64,000 bases of DNA from Mobula birostris (lineage: Eukaryota): positions 14,839,884-14,903,883 of the forward strand of contig NC_092371.1 in the NCBI RefSeq assembly GCF_030028105.1. The letters run 5' to 3'. The position numbers and the translations under genes were made by a program. A model generated the notes under the pieces. The model saw only the letters and a list, made by a program, of their open reading frames with translations. It was not told where the DNA came from and did no database searches. Numbering within the stretch: the first letter of the stretch is position 1; every line of letters begins with the position of its first letter. This document shows, piece after piece, positions 35,143 to 49,279 of the stretch.

Positions 35143-35734
35143 CCACTGACAGCATATTTCAAGAATCCTCTGACATGTTGCAGCCTTTCAAACTATCCCC
35201 AAGTACATCCCATCTCCGAAGATCCTTGCTCTACCAGGGACGTGGCTTCTGGAACCTCTGTTGGCGTTTCTAAGGCGAGAGGTTTTAACGGAATGACTAT
35301 GCTAATCCCATGCCCAAGCCTCACCCTTTAGCAACCGGGCTTGGCACTGTCCATGCAGATGATCTATCAGTGCTTTTGTTCTGCAGTAACACGCACTCAC
35401 CTCTCTCCATCCCACCCATCAACATCTGCTTTCTTTTCTCTCTTTCTCATGTGACAAACCATCTGCGTATTAAATCCACTTCTGCTGTTCACCATTTCCA
35501 GCGTTCCGCGCTCTTCCCACTTTCAGACTGTAGTTCCCAGGATTCCATGGTGGGTTTATCAGGGATTATCTTTACGACCGCCCTCCTCCCACTCCAGTCA
35601 TGCAATCAGCCACTAGTCCATTCTTATCAAATACAAATATTCAACAGTTGCTGGAAATCTGGAGTAGAACACACACGATGCTGGAGATTTCCCTCCATAT
35701 GTAATCCTTAATTTTCTGAATTCCTTCAGTACTG

Positions 35735-35790
35735 CGTGTGTGTGTGCGCGCGCGCGCGCGCGCGGGTGTGTGTGTGTGTCTGTGTGTGGG
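35735..35790 (+). repeat. Compound (TG)n(CG)n(TG)n microsatellite
   Basis: Direct reading; alternating purine-pyrimidine tract. Confidence 0.95.
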
Positions 35791-38074
35791 TTGGCACCCC
35801 ATTATGTTAGCCTCTCTCCCTTTTTTGTTGTTTAGTATCAACTATGAGTTCGTGTTTTCCAACGTACAGCTCATAGTACGGTACCTTTTCTAAAATCTGT
35901 AAATTGCGCCGATCAGAACAAAAGTGCGTCATTCAAATAGATGCAGCTTTCTTGATCTTTAGTGGACCGTTTTCACTTTGTGGAGAGTTGGAGGACTGGT
36001 GTTTATCGGCTAAGTAGGAGAGGCCTTGGGTTTGAAACATTATCAACAACTCATTCCTTTGCTCCGTACGAGTTGCTACTGACATCGGCGTTTTACTCCT
36101 TCAAGCCTCATCTCATCGCAGGTGCAGAATTCATCTGCAATTACTTTTGGAACGTTAGTTTTCATATACTCAGTGGCTACTTTATTGTGTGTACCTAGTA
36201 AAGTGGTCACTAAATGTTTGTTCGTGGTCTTGAAGCTTTATTCACCTCCGGTTTCGACGTGCTGTGCGTTCAGATCACTCTTATGCACACCACTGTTGTA
36301 ACACGTGTTATTTGAGTTATTACCGCCTTCCTGTCTGCTTCTACCATTCTCGCTATTCTCCTCGGACCTCGCTGATTAACAAGGCGATTGCGCCCACAGA
36401 ATAGACCATTAAGATGATTTTATTTGCTTTTCGTAGATTTTTCTCTAAACTCTACAGAATTTTGTGCATGAAAATCCCAGGAGATCAGGAGATTCAGCGT
36501 TCATTTACCCACCCAACAATCATTCCAGAGGCAAGGTCACTCAGATCACATGTCTTCCCCATTTTGATATTTGGTAAGAAAAGCAACTGAACGTCTTGAC
36601 CAGGTCTGCATGCATTGAATTCCGACCACGTGATTAGCTGACTAGATGTTTGCACTAACGACAAGGTGTACAAATAAGGAAGCCACTGAGTGACGCTGGC
36701 GAGAATACATTTGGAGTACTGCGTTCAGTTTCAGCCCTGCTATAGGAGATACGTTATTAAACTAGGAAGAGTGTATTAAAGGTTATAAGGATGCTAGATC
36801 TCGCGGGCGAGTTTCAGGCATACATTAGATAGGCCAGAAATTCATTCCTTGGAGCATGGGAGACTGCGAAGTTATCTTAACGTGGCGTATAAAATCACGA
36901 GATTCAAATATGTGGTGAATGTCTTCTTTCACAGAGTTTGATTATCAAGAAGTTGAGGGCAGAGGTGTCAAGCGAAGGAGTAAGAGAGTACGAACTTTAG
37001 GGGTATCTTTTTTACAAAATGGGTGAACTTGGTGAGACATTTAAAGGACAGATAAAGGTACGTACATAGGATATGTTTAGAGGGCTATGGGTCAAACACA
37101 GGCAAGTCGGATATGCCTGAATGGGCTATCTGGATCAGCGTGGACCAGTTGCGCTGAAAGACCTTTTTCCCTGCTTTGTCATTCTATGATTCTGTGGCTC
37201 TGTTTATTTGTTGCCTGTTTATAGAGTCAGCAGAGATTTTTAATATTACCGATCCGAGATGGCTTGGTTTTGATGATAACTTCATGCATCTATTCCAAAA
37301 ATGTGGGCAACGATGAGCATGACAACTTTGCATTTCCATAGCACCTTCCATGCCCTGGATGCTGCCCATAGCCTTTTCTTTGGCAAGATCATAATTCGTT
37401 TCATCGTGTATCTATTCTTGATAAGTTTGTGATACATCGTAGCAATCTGCTTGACAAATGTCTTTTCATCGCCCTACCCGGAAGACCCGGAGAGAAAGGG
37501 CAGATTATTCAAATTTCAATAAGAAATATGTACTGTATCTTTCTAAATTAGGTAGTGCAAACAGAGGGCAAAGACAGTGAGGTAAAATTCATGGGTTCCT
37601 GCACAATTTGAAGCCTCTGCAAGATTTGTTCGAAGATTCAGCTTTCGTTCAACGACAGTTCACTGAGGGTGGGCTATTCCTATTGCATCTCTCCTCGTTG
37701 GATGAAATCTATATATCACTAATGAATGGAACCATATTGTATTGTCGTGGATGGGATTTCCTCTGTGAGAAGGGAGGCATAGTTGACAGGACAGTCAAAG
37801 CAACGGAAGCTGAGTAGACGGATCCAAATGGGCGACAGTGCAGAATGAACTCAATGAAAAGGTGGGGATGCGGGTGAATACTTTGAAGAGCACAGTAGTC
37901 TTCTTTTGAGGAAGTGCAGTTGCGGAAAGACTTCGAACCTCAAATTGACTCCAAAGAATACGTTTTCAGATATTGCAATTTGTTGCTTCTCATGCAATGA
38001 AATTAAGTATTTTAAAACTTCCATTCGATTACAATTCTGAAATACTGGGATAGTGAGAGTGAGAAAGTGAGAGA

Positions 38075-38244
38075 NNNNNNNNNNNNNNNNNNNNNNNNNN
38101 NNNNNNNNNNNNNNNNNNNNNNNNNNNNNNNNNNNNNNNNNNNNNNNNNNNNNNNNNNNNNNNNNNNNNNNNNNNNNNNNNNNNNNNNNNNNNNNNNNNN
38201 NNNNNNNNNNNNNNNNNNNNNNNNNNNNNNNNNNNNNNNNNNNN
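38075..38244. other. Assembly gap (N) flanked by GA-rich repeat
   Basis: 170 N. Confidence 0.99.
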
Positions 38245-39739
38245 CTGAGAGAGGGAGAGATTAGGAGATTAGGCGATCGGTAATATAGAAGATAGATCAG
38301 TACAACGTAGGGCTGTTATGCCAAATGAAACTAATTCCTCTTTTTTGCACGTGCCCGATATCACGCCATCCTTGCACATTTATGTCCAATATAAAAGGCC
38401 TAAACATCAATATCCGACTTCAATCTACGCCTGTAAAAGTGTTTTCAGGCACCCACTACTCTCTCTGTACACAATTTACTCCATGTACATTTCCTTTAAA
38501 CAATTCCCTCTAATCTTAAAGCCAAGCTCTTCAGTATAGGATATTCCTACAATGGGTATCTCTTTTGAGTGCCTGCTCTTTCTATTCCCCTCATAGATAT
38601 TTAAAGTTTGATCATCCGCACCCTCCACTACTAACTCTCCAGAGAAAACAGAGCGGATTTGTTAATCCTCTCCTTATCTTTAATGTAATCTAATCCTGTC
38701 ATCATTTTAATACATCTACTCTGCAACTTCCCCAATGCCTCCTGGAACAGAATGGCCTGAATTGCACGCAAAATTCAGCCTAACCAAACTTTTAAACAGC
38801 TACAACCTGACTTTATAGCTCTTGTACTCAGTACCTCGACTGATGAAAACAAAACGTTTTCTTCACCACCCTGTTGACTTGCATTGCCACTTCCAGGGAG
38901 CTACACCAGTTTCGCACCTTCTAACTGCCCAGCCAGAAGAAACGGGCTCCGTGCGTCCCTCTTGTTGCTTCCTAAAGTATCTTGTCTTTTAATATGATCG
39001 CTTCTCCTTTTCTCGTACGCTAGAGAACACAGCATTCAATCTCTCCTCCTGGGTCAATGTCCTTATTATGGGAATGTTAGACTACAACGTGTCTCTCACA
39101 AGTTTCAGAATGTTTGAGACAAGAACAGACGTTCTTATTGCACCAGGCATTGGTTCCAACATAGCTTAACAATGATCACGGAACAATACAGGCAGCAGCA
39201 GCAGCAGCAACAACGACAACAAAAAACAAAATATCAATTCTTCTTGCTTGCAGTCTGACCTCTCGGAGCAAGGCAGAACATTGCTTCAACTGCATGTTAA
39301 ATTACTGTGAGCCCTAAGCTGCAATATGAGTAACTTTGTGTGCATCGAGGTTTAAAACGTCCTTTTCCCTTTCATAAAATTTATTATATGATGAGGCCCC
39401 ACTCATTCCCACCGAATAAAAGACAAATTTTGATTTCTGCACAGCATTTCTTATTTCACTTCCGGCCACACGTTTCTGGGGTAGAGCAAAACAATCAGGC
39501 TCTTGTCTGGGGTGATCTATCGTGGTACGTGGAATTGAACCTTGTTCTACGACTTTAAAATATTGACAAACGGCTTTGTACGTTCAGACATATTGGATTG
39601 GTCGTGAAACTGTCTGACATATCCCATGATAAGCCATGGTGTATTCATGCTGTGAACGTGATGTGATTGACTTCCAAGTGTTACAAATGTTGAATACCCT
39701 CTTCTGTGTGAACTACTGTTCATAAATATTAATGAAGAT

Positions 39740-41700
39740 TCTTTGGCTAGGGGAACAAAAAGGACGTTCTGTAGACCAGAACTCGGATGGCATCTTGTCC
39801 CCCAATGCCAGGGAGAGGGCAGCTCGTACCAAGTCCACAGCATTCTGAAGAGGAAGAGTATGCTGTCAGTAATCGTGGTCAACATCGGTACCAAAGATAT
39901 TGGTAGGACGGGTGACGAGGTACTGAAAATTGAGATCAGTGAGTTAGGTACTCAGTTAAAGGACAGGCCCAAAGGGTTTCGATCTCAGGATTGCTACTTG
40001 TGCCAGGTACTAGTAAGCCAGACGTAAGAAAATTAAGCAATTTAACACATGGTTAAGGAGACTATGCAGGAGACACGGCTTCAGATTGTTGGATCATTTA
40101 GTATGTCTTCCAGCGAAGGTGGGACCTCTGTAAAAGGGACGGATTGCAACTGAACTGGAGGGGGACTAATATCCTGGCAGAAAGTTTTGCTCGTGCTATA
40201 CGAAGTGTTAGACAAAGTCGGGAATCAAAAGGTTCATCGTGACAGGACTAATGTTCTGAGCTGCGTATATTTCATTGAAAGAAATACGGTATGAAAGGCG
40301 GCTGAGCTTAGGGCCTGGATCAGCAAGTGGAATTATGATGCTGTAGCCATTAGTGAGACTTGGTTACGGGAGGGACACGACTAGCAGCTCAGTGTTCCGG
40401 GATCCGCTGTTTTAGACGTTATAGAACGGGAAGGATTAAAAGGGGAGGGGTGGCGTTAGCAGTCTTGGAAAATGTCACATTAGACTCAGTCAGAGTGGAT
40501 TGGGGAGTTCGTCCAATGAGGCTTAATGGATAGAACTAAGGAATAAGAAGGAATTATCATTTTAGTGTGTTTATATTTTATGTTACGAAACAGTCCTCGG
40601 GAATTGGAGGAGAACATTCACAGAGAGATTGCAATTTGTTGCAAGGGACAGAAGATTGTAATCAAAGGTTATTTTACATTTCCACAGATTGAATTGAACT
40701 CCAAAATATAGTAAAATAATTGGATGGAAGGAGTATAACATGCTTGTTTAAGAAAGTCTCCTTAATCAGTACGTAGTTCCCAGAGAGAAAAAAATGAGAT
40801 ACTGGATCTCCTACCAGGGAATGGGTGGGGACATATGAAAGAAATGTGTACAGAATACTTTCAATCTACTGATCATAATGCCATTAGTTTTATGGTAATT
40901 GTAGAAAATGAATAGGCCTGGTCCTCCGGTAGTGATTCTAAACTGCAGAAAGTTAATTTTCAATGGTCTACGAACGTAACTGACACGTGTGGAGTGAGGC
41001 GGTTGTTTTCTGACGAATGTGTAATTGGTAAGTTGGAGACGCTCATAAGTGAAATTTTGAGAATACATAGTTTGTATGTCCCTGTCAGAATAAAGGGCAA
41101 GGAAGAACGGGTTAGGGAACCCGCTGTCGTCGTGGTTAAGACATGGTGCATAGAAGGTATAGGGAGGTAGGAAAAAATGAGGTACTTGAGGAGTATATGA
41201 AATGCAAGAGAACACTGAAGAAGGAGCTCCAAATGGATAAAAGAATGCACGAGGTTGCACCTGCAGACAAGGTGAAGGGGATTCCGAACTGCAACAGATA
41301 TATTAAAAGCAAAAGGATGGCAAGGGACAAAGTAGATCCTCTGGATGACCAGAGTGGTAATCCATTTGTGGAACCGAAAGAGATGTCAGAGATCTACAAG
41401 TAATACTTTTGCATCTATATTCTCTTTGGAGACAGACGCAGAGTCTACAGAATTGAGGCAAAGCAGTTTCGAGGTCATTGCCCCTACACAAATTACAGAT
41501 TGTCGTGAGAGTGTGAACCGAGCTGTCAGCTCAATTTGTGGATGCGAGTTCTATTTCAATATTTAAGAGAAATTTGGAGAGATACATGAATGGGATGATA
41601 TGGGGGGGGGGGGGTGAGGCTATCGGACTAGCCAGATTAATATTTTGGACTAAAAGGGCCAAACGGTCTGTTTCTGTACTGTGGTGTTCTATGACTCATT
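39740..41700 (+). mobile_element. Degraded CR1 LINE with ORF1 esterase-like and ORF2 endonuclease remnants
   Basis: ORF 39743-40027: VIVVNIGTKDIGRTGDEVLK..ELG; later YDAVAISETW and GGGVA-type endonuclease motifs; CR1 3'UTR near 41660. Confidence 0.8.
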
Positions 41701-42569
41701 GAATCTCCTGTGCAAACCCCAAATTAGGAGAGTGTTGAAGTCAGCAGTGGTGACAAATCAGTGCAGGATATGAATATAAGGGCATTGGCGGAGTTGGTAC
41801 ATTTTCGCACGCACTCTGGCAGTATTGCACTGCTGGTTCGTGCAAACGTCCGAAACTTTATCTGGCCGAAGCAGATTGGTTTAAGTCATCCGATGCTCGC
41901 TCTAGAATAACAATAGTGATTCATTCCCGGTGTATAGTAGTGACAGCGCTCACTGAAACGATTTGAGGAAAGCAAATGATCCATACTGCTCATTCAACTA
42001 GTCTGCTCCATTCATTACAAGAGGGCCTACGCACAAAGAAGTTTATTGACTTTACACTTCTTACAGTGTCTGAAATTGTGACAAACAGTACTGAAATAAA
42101 AACCCACTGTTTTTTTTTGGACGGGTTTGTCGTGTCTCGTTAGAGACACATTCTTAGTGCTCTCCGCTACCGCCACATGGTCACTTGTGCAACCTTCAGC
42201 AGCTCTCTTTCCCATGTCCAATTGCCTACCCACTGCCGGCGTGCCTGTCCCTATTCCCTGAACTATACCCTTTAATTTATAAAACTGCCAGATCGCTTAG
42301 ACTCAAAATTTTCTGGGTATCATTGGGAATGGAGCCGTGCAATATTTTGACATAGATAAATACCATGCAAATTCTGCGCATGATGTTAATACATTGTGAA
42401 TATTCCGATTTCACCGATGGAGTAATTCATTTCCTGAATAGAAACAAATCTGGTGTGCAGAACAGAGTCAATGAACGCCGAAGACGTCGAAAGTTGAAGT
42501 GGATGAGCTACAACAGTTGAAGGCCACAAACATTCAGGAAATGCTTAATAAAGTGGCCTTCAGAGGGGA

Positions 42570-42572
42570 GTG

Positions 42573-42606
<34 letters not shown>

Positions 42607-42608
42607 GG
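42570..42608 (+). repeat. (GA)n microsatellite
   Basis: Direct reading. Confidence 0.95.
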
Positions 42609-45019
42609 TCCTTGCTGATGGATACTGCTTTCTGCGACAGCGCTCCTTTAGATGTGCTCAGAAGTGGAAGGGCTTTACTTCTGGCGGATTAGGCTTTTTC
42701 CATTACTATGTAGGCTTTCCCGCTCATGGGTATTGGCGTTTCCGTGATACAACCATTAAATATATTCTACGTTGTCCATCCATAGAAGTTTGTAAAAGTT
42801 TTGGATGTCATGCCGATTCTTCGCAAACTTCTAAGGATGTGGTGGCGCTGTAGTGTCTCTTTTGGCATGGTAATTAAGCGCTAGACCCAGGACAAAAATT
42901 AGAACTCCTCCGATCTCCTAATGAGGACTGTCACATAGATCTCCGGATTCGCCCCTCCTGCAAACAATAAACTTCTCTTTGGTGTTGATGACATTCTGTG
43001 AGAGATAGTTGGTGCAGCATCATTCAGTCAGATACGCATCTGTTCTTATAAGTCTGCCCTCAGCTCCAGGGAAGCAAAGGCCACAGGATCAGCATGCCTA
43101 ACTCGATCCGAAGACCAGTGGTAGGTATGTTTAACGAGCTGCCAGAGGCAGTGGAAGAAGAAGGTAAAACTGCGCTGTTGAAAATGCATCAGGGCAGTTA
43201 CATTTTATGGTGACATTAGTCAAACGCAGGCAAATGGGATTAGCACAATTAAGCAAATTGGTCAGAATGGACGAGTTGGGCCAAAGGGCCTGTTTCTGCG
43301 CTGTTTAACTCTGTAACTCAAAAAAAAAGTGGCTTTTAGTAAAATGGGGACAGGGAACCGGTGCAATAGTGGGTTGTCAGTGAGATGCATCAAGCACCAC
43401 TTCAAGGCCCTCTGATAAGTATTTTTGATGATAGAGACTGAAACAAGGACAAATTATGTTTTACGTGAGCAACAACGAATAAAGTTGAGGATCAATTATA
43501 ACTTTCGCAGGTTACTGACACAAGTATCCCTAATACCCAAATACAACAAGCTGTGAGGGAGATAAATGTTGCTTTTTCCCAAGGACTTTTGAAGACAGCA
43601 AATATGTATCGCACGGTTGGCTGGATGATAACTGCTAAGTGCAGGAAACAGGTGTTTACCTCGGATCCAATTGCCGCATGCTTTCACCGTCTCACCTTCT
43701 ATCTCTCTCCGTTCTCTTTGCACTATCTATCTCTTTTCTGTTTCACTTTCTCCTCTCGTTCTTTCTCTCCCCGTTCTCTTTCAGAATTGCAATTTGGCAG
43801 TCTCTGACATCAATCAATTTCATCGCTTGTAACAACTAATTGCAATTTTTGTAAACTTTTTATTCGATGATTTATTTTCAGAATTTGTGTCTTCCAGTTA
43901 TAGCAGTTTCTTAGTCTTGAATTGTTTAAAAAAATCAACCGTAGCTCTCCCCACCCCACCCTCCCCGCGATCGAGTTTCCGGGCCAGCTGGACCACTTCA
44001 CAAACAAGACAGAAATAGCAGCAGTTTGTGCAATAGTCGCTAAATAAAAGCTGTGCTAACACTGCCCGGTCCCCATGGGGAGATGACACGCTCCGCAGCT
44101 GCATCAGTGCAGGTCACAACACAGACAGCTCGACCCTGTGATCATCATGAGGGAGGAGTTAACTGGACTGACTAGCTTCCGACGTCAGGATTGGTTTGAT
44201 GGGAAAGGTCCATATCCAGGTAATTAATGACTGGTTTTCTAGATTTTGAGACAATCATTGACACAGAATCACATAACCCGAATATTTATTTGGAAGACAC
44301 TTCTTCTCATCTGTTACACAATATCCGACAATCAGTTTCGATTTGGAGGCGGAATGAGGGGTGGGTGGAGATTAACTAAATCATAGACAACAGAAGCGAG
44401 AGGTGATTTCTCACACAAGTTTCATTTTCAGTGAGGGTCTTTCATCAGAGTGAAGATCAGAATTAGAATCAGGTTCAATATCACTGGCACATGCCATGAA
44501 AATTGAGCGGGGAAGGGGGTCGAGGGCTGGAAAACGCATTTTTTTGCGTGAGAAAATAACGAACGAATTACCAAGATGCCAGAGCGCTGAGGACCAGATT
44601 AAAATAAATATAGACGTCAGTGAGTCATAGAGCACTACAACACATAATGAGACCCTTCGGCCAATCTAGTCTGTGCTGAACTATTAATATGGCTCGTTCC
44701 GTCATTCTACACCCAGACCATAGGTATCAATTACCTTCCCTCCAAGTACTTATCCACAATTTCTTAAAATAGAAAATTGTCCCGATCCAGCACATCCTCT
44801 GTTAACTCTTCCCACAGCATTCTTACGGTAAAGAAGTTTTTCCTCATATTCCCTTTAAACATTTCACTATTTATTCTTATGCCATGAAATCTGGTTGTAG
44901 TATCAACCAAAATCACGTGGAAAAAAAAGCCACCTGGTTTTTACCCGAGCTAGATCCCGAAAGGAGTGGCGTGGCAGGAGGCATGAAGACAGCCAGAGAT
45001 GCTGCTATATATATGTAAG

Positions 45020-46530
45020 AGAAAGCATAGAACATAGAACATAGAACATAGAATAGTACAGCACAGTACAGGCCCTTCGGCCTACAATGTTGTGCCGACC
45101 CTCGAACCCTGCCTCCAATATAAACCCCCACCTTAGATTCCTCCATATTCCTGTCTAGTAGTCTCTTAAACTTCACTAGTGTATCTGCCTCCACCACTGA
45201 CTCAGGCAGTGCATTCCACGCACCAACCACTCTCTGAGTGAAAAACCTTCCTCTAATATTCCCCTTGAACTTCCCACCCCTTACCTTAAAGCCATGTCCT
45301 CTTGTACTGAGCAGTGGTGCCCTGGGGAAGAGGCGCTGGCTATCCACTCCATCTATTCCTCTTATTATCTTGTACACCTCTATCATGTCTCCTCTCATCC
45401 TCCTTCTCTCCAAAGAGTAAAGCCCTATCTCCCTTAGTCTCTGATCATAATGCATACTTTCTAAACCAGGCAGCATCCTGGTAAATCTCCTCTGTACCCT
45501 TTCCAATGCTTCCACATCCTTCCTATAGTGAGGTGACCAGAACTGGACACAGTACTCCAAGTGTGGCCTAACCAGAGTTTTATAGAGCTGCATCATTACA
45601 TCGTGACTCTTAAACTCTATGTCTCAATTTATGAAAGCTAACACCCCACAGGCTTTCTTAACTACCGTATCCACCTGTGAGGCAACTTTCAGGGATCTGT
45701 GGACATGTACCCCGAGATCCCTCTGCTCCTCCACACTACCAAGTATCCTGCCATTTACTTTGCACTCTGCCTTGGAGTTTGTCCTTCCAAAGTGTACCAC
45801 CTCACACTTCTCCAGGTTGAACTCCATCTGCCACTTCTCAGCCCACTTCTGCATCCTATCAATGTCTCTCTGCAATCTTTGACAATCGTCTACACTATCT
45901 ACAACACCACCAACCAAACTTGCCAACCCACCCTTCTACCCCCACATCCAGGTCGTTAATAAAAATCATGAAAAGTAGAGGTCCCAGAACAGATTCTTGT
46001 AGGGCACCACTAGTCACAATCCTCCAATCTGAACGTACTCCCTCCACCACCACCCTCTGCCTTCTGCAGGCAAGTCAATTCTGAATCCACCTGGCCAAAC
46101 TTCCCTGGATCCCATGTCTTCTAACTTTCTGAATAAGCCTACCGTTTGGCACCTTGTCAAATGCCTTACTAAAATCCATATAGATCACATCCACTGCACT
46201 ACCCTCATCTATCTGCCTGGTCACCTCCTCAAAGAACTGTATCAGACTTGTTAGACAGGATCTTCCCTTCACAAAGCCATGCTGGCTGTCCCTGATCAGA
46301 CCATGATTCTCTAAATGGCTATAGATCCTATCTCTAAGAATCTTTTCCAACAGCTTTCCCACCACAGACGTAAGGCGCACTGGTCTATAATTACCCGGAA
46401 TATCCCTACTACCTTTTTTGAACAAGGGAACAACATTCGCCTCCCTCCAATCCTCCGGTACCATTCCCGTGGACAGCGAGGACATAAAGATCCTAGCCAG
46501 AGGCTCAACAATCTCTTCTCTCGCCTCCAT
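45020..46530 (-). mobile_element. CR1 LINE, 5'-truncated, with internal deletion
   Basis: ORFs 46075-46728, 45624-45926 and 44913-45596 (NYRPVRLTSVVGKLLE, YMDFSKAFDKVP, LEYCVQFWSPHYRKD); (CATAGAA)n tail at ~45026-45055. Confidence 0.97.
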
Positions 46531-48566
46531 ATAAATGGAAAGAATGTGGATGAACTTCACACTGTGAATGGAAGCACTAGAAAGTATGTAAATAAAGCTT
46601 CCATTATAGTAAGTATAAATAAAACATACGAGAACGCAAAGGAGGCCATCGTTCCTTGGGGCCAAGGTGAAAAACACAGAAGATATAGTCACACATAGAA
46701 CATACAGGCATAAAATATATATTAGCACAAGTCTCTAAGTGGCCTGGCCGTACGATTGACACGTTAACTTAACATGTGAGGTGTATGCTTCTGTAAAACA
46801 GTAGAATGTTACTGGCAGTTTTATAATAAGACAAGCCCTGGTATAAATATGTGAAGCAGCAGTAATAAAAGTCCTTTTTACTGCTGATAATGTATACTAT
46901 TGCGTACAGATGACAGAACGTTAACAAGTTGAATAAAAGAGAATGAAGGAAACGGGTTAATGACCTTTATTTCAGGATTATTTGAGTCAAAAGAAAGGAG
47001 GACTTATTGCATTGATGTAGATCTATGTCAATAAGATTTAAAGAGTGCAGAGTGATTTACAAGAATGTTGATGGTAGTTGAGGACCTGGATTAAGTGTGA
47101 AAGGTAACAGGGAGGGGATCTTCTTCACGCAGAGGGTGGAGAGAGTGTGGATCAAGCTCTTCGCAGAACTGGTGGATGCCTTTTGATTTCAACATTTAAG
47201 AGAAAGCTGGATAGGTACAGGTATGGGGGGGGCGGGTTTATGGACGGCTAAGTTCTCGGTGTATGTCCACGGGACTAGGCAACATCACAGTTCGACATGG
47301 ACAAATGGGCCGAAGGACCTGCTCCGTGCTGCACTGGTCTTGATTCTGACTCCTTGATCCGAATGAGAGCACAACTGAAATATTGCTCTTAGTTCCAATT
47401 TTCACTATTTTGAGAAGTCATGCAGGCGATGGAGATTGAGTCATTGAATCGTGCAGTAACAGACGACAGTCCGATTTATTTACTTACTTAGAGGTAAAGG
47501 GCGAAATAGGCCTTCCCCGGCCTTTCGAGCAGCACCGACAAACGCTTTATTCCTGATTTTATTGAAGGCTAATCATGGGTCAAGTTACAATGACTAATTA
47601 TCCTTCGAACCGGCACGTCTCTGGACTGTGAAAATAAAACAGACGACCTGGAGAAAACCTACTCATTCCCCGGCAAGAACGTACCGTCTCCTTACAGAAG
47701 CCGTCAGTATGAACTTCGAACTCTGACGCCTTGAGATGTAATTGCGTCGCCCGAATCGGTATTTCGCAAAAACCTTTGCAATGCATGTACCTGTCTAAAT
47801 GGTGTTATTGTGCGTGCAGCTACCAGCTCCTCTCACACCTGGTTCCGTATGCGTACAAACCTCTGTTGATAATATTGCCTACATGATCGTTTAGAAAATT
47901 TCTTTATTCGCCTTTTCCCCATACCCTGCACTTCTTTATTGCCCAACCCCGGGCAAGGAATACTACGCCTCACACCATGTGTGCTCCTTACGATTTGCAA
48001 ACAGTTCTGTAAGATTACTCCTTATTTTCCTGCGCTCCAAGGAATAACTTCCCCATTGACCCGATCTATCTTTGTCACTCAATCCCTGGAGTCATCGCAA
48101 CATCCTCATAAATTGTCATTCATTTCCAGGGGACTAGAATATAAAAGCAAGATTGCAGTGTTGAGTCTTTATAAAGTGCTGTCAGGCCCCACTTGTAGTA
48201 TTGTGAGTAGTTCTGGGCCCCTTATTTTAGAAAGGATGTGCTGAAACTGGAGAGGGTTCAGAGGAGGTTTACGAAAATGTTTCTAGGATTGAATGGCTTG
48301 TTAAATGAAGGCAATTTGATGGCTCTAGGACTTCATTGACGAGAACTCAGAAGAATGGGGGATGACCTCACTGAAGTTGAAATGTATTGATGGTGTGGAT
48401 GTGGAGAGGATGTTTCCTCCTCCCATCCATTAACATCACAGTTAATAGACGGACCCGGAGATTACGATTTTCAAACGTTGGAACCAGAGCAGCTCACTGT
48501 GTTTGCAGAACAGCGCGCGGTTCAGTCGGAATTTTGGGCTCTCGCTGAATACACTTGTTCGGAAGA

Positions 48567-48629
48567 ATGTCGCCTGTGTTACATCTCCTGTGGGCTCTGC
48601 CGCTACACTTATGCTGCTACACTTACCAG
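48567..48629 (+). pseudogene. Ig light-chain leader exon (disrupted)
   Basis: MSPVLHLLWALPLHL(P)+G once a 14-nt tandem duplication (TGCCGCTACACTTA/TGCTGCTACACTTA, 48598-48625) is removed; donor GT changed to CT. Confidence 0.65.
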
Positions 48630-48773
48630 CTGAGAGTCGGGTTGGTTCACGCATTGATTGTCTGTTAAAATTCTGATTACAGCTGATTTATTTATATTTT
48701 CCTCGTGTTCTGTGATTGATGATCCGTCTGTTGGTTTCACGTCACCCAGTGGTTTTATTGTGCTTTACGGCAG

Positions 48774-49103
48774 GTATCCAGGCAGCCCCAACCCTCAGTC
48801 AGACTCAAATATCCAGTCCTGTGTCCGCTGGACAAACCGTCCGCTCAGAGAGTCAGATGTAGAACGGTAATGTTAGAAGTTACGACATGAGCTGGTACCG
48901 ACAGCGTCCTGGAGAGAGACCGAAGCCGGTGTTAGTACAGTATATGCGAAGGGCAATGGAAAATATCGACGGGCAGGGATCACAAACTGTTCCAACCGTC
49001 CAGAGACAGCTCCAGCAATAGTTCCGCTTCATGATCGGCAGCTTGGAGTTCCGTCTCTCTCTCATCTATTACTGTGGAATGTGGGATAAAGCATATATCT
49101 TCA
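48774..49103 (+). pseudogene. Germline-joined Ig light-chain VJ pseudogene, type I (sigma-cart/NS5)-like
   Basis: CTTTACGGCAG| GIQAAPTLSQTQISSPVSAGQTV..QM*NGNVRSYDMSWYRQRPGERP..FQPSRDSSSNS..IGSLE..IYYCGMWDKAYIF; matches recalled type I hallmarks; first Cys lost, stop, frameshifts, J cut after F; no RSS. Confidence 0.8.
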
Positions 49104-49279
49104 CTTCCTTTCTTCATTGCCGGCACTATCATGGACATAAAGAAACATAGAAACACAGAAAACCTACAGCACGATACAGGCCCTTCTGCCCACAAAACTA
49201 TGCCGAGCATGAGCCTACTTTCGAACTACCTAGGCTTACCCGAGCCGTGTATTTTGCTCTCCATTTAGCCACTCAGGAG

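Noticed and set aside
34781-35273. ORFs spanning N runs (also 38067-38264)
   Set aside because: Artefacts of translating assembly gaps.
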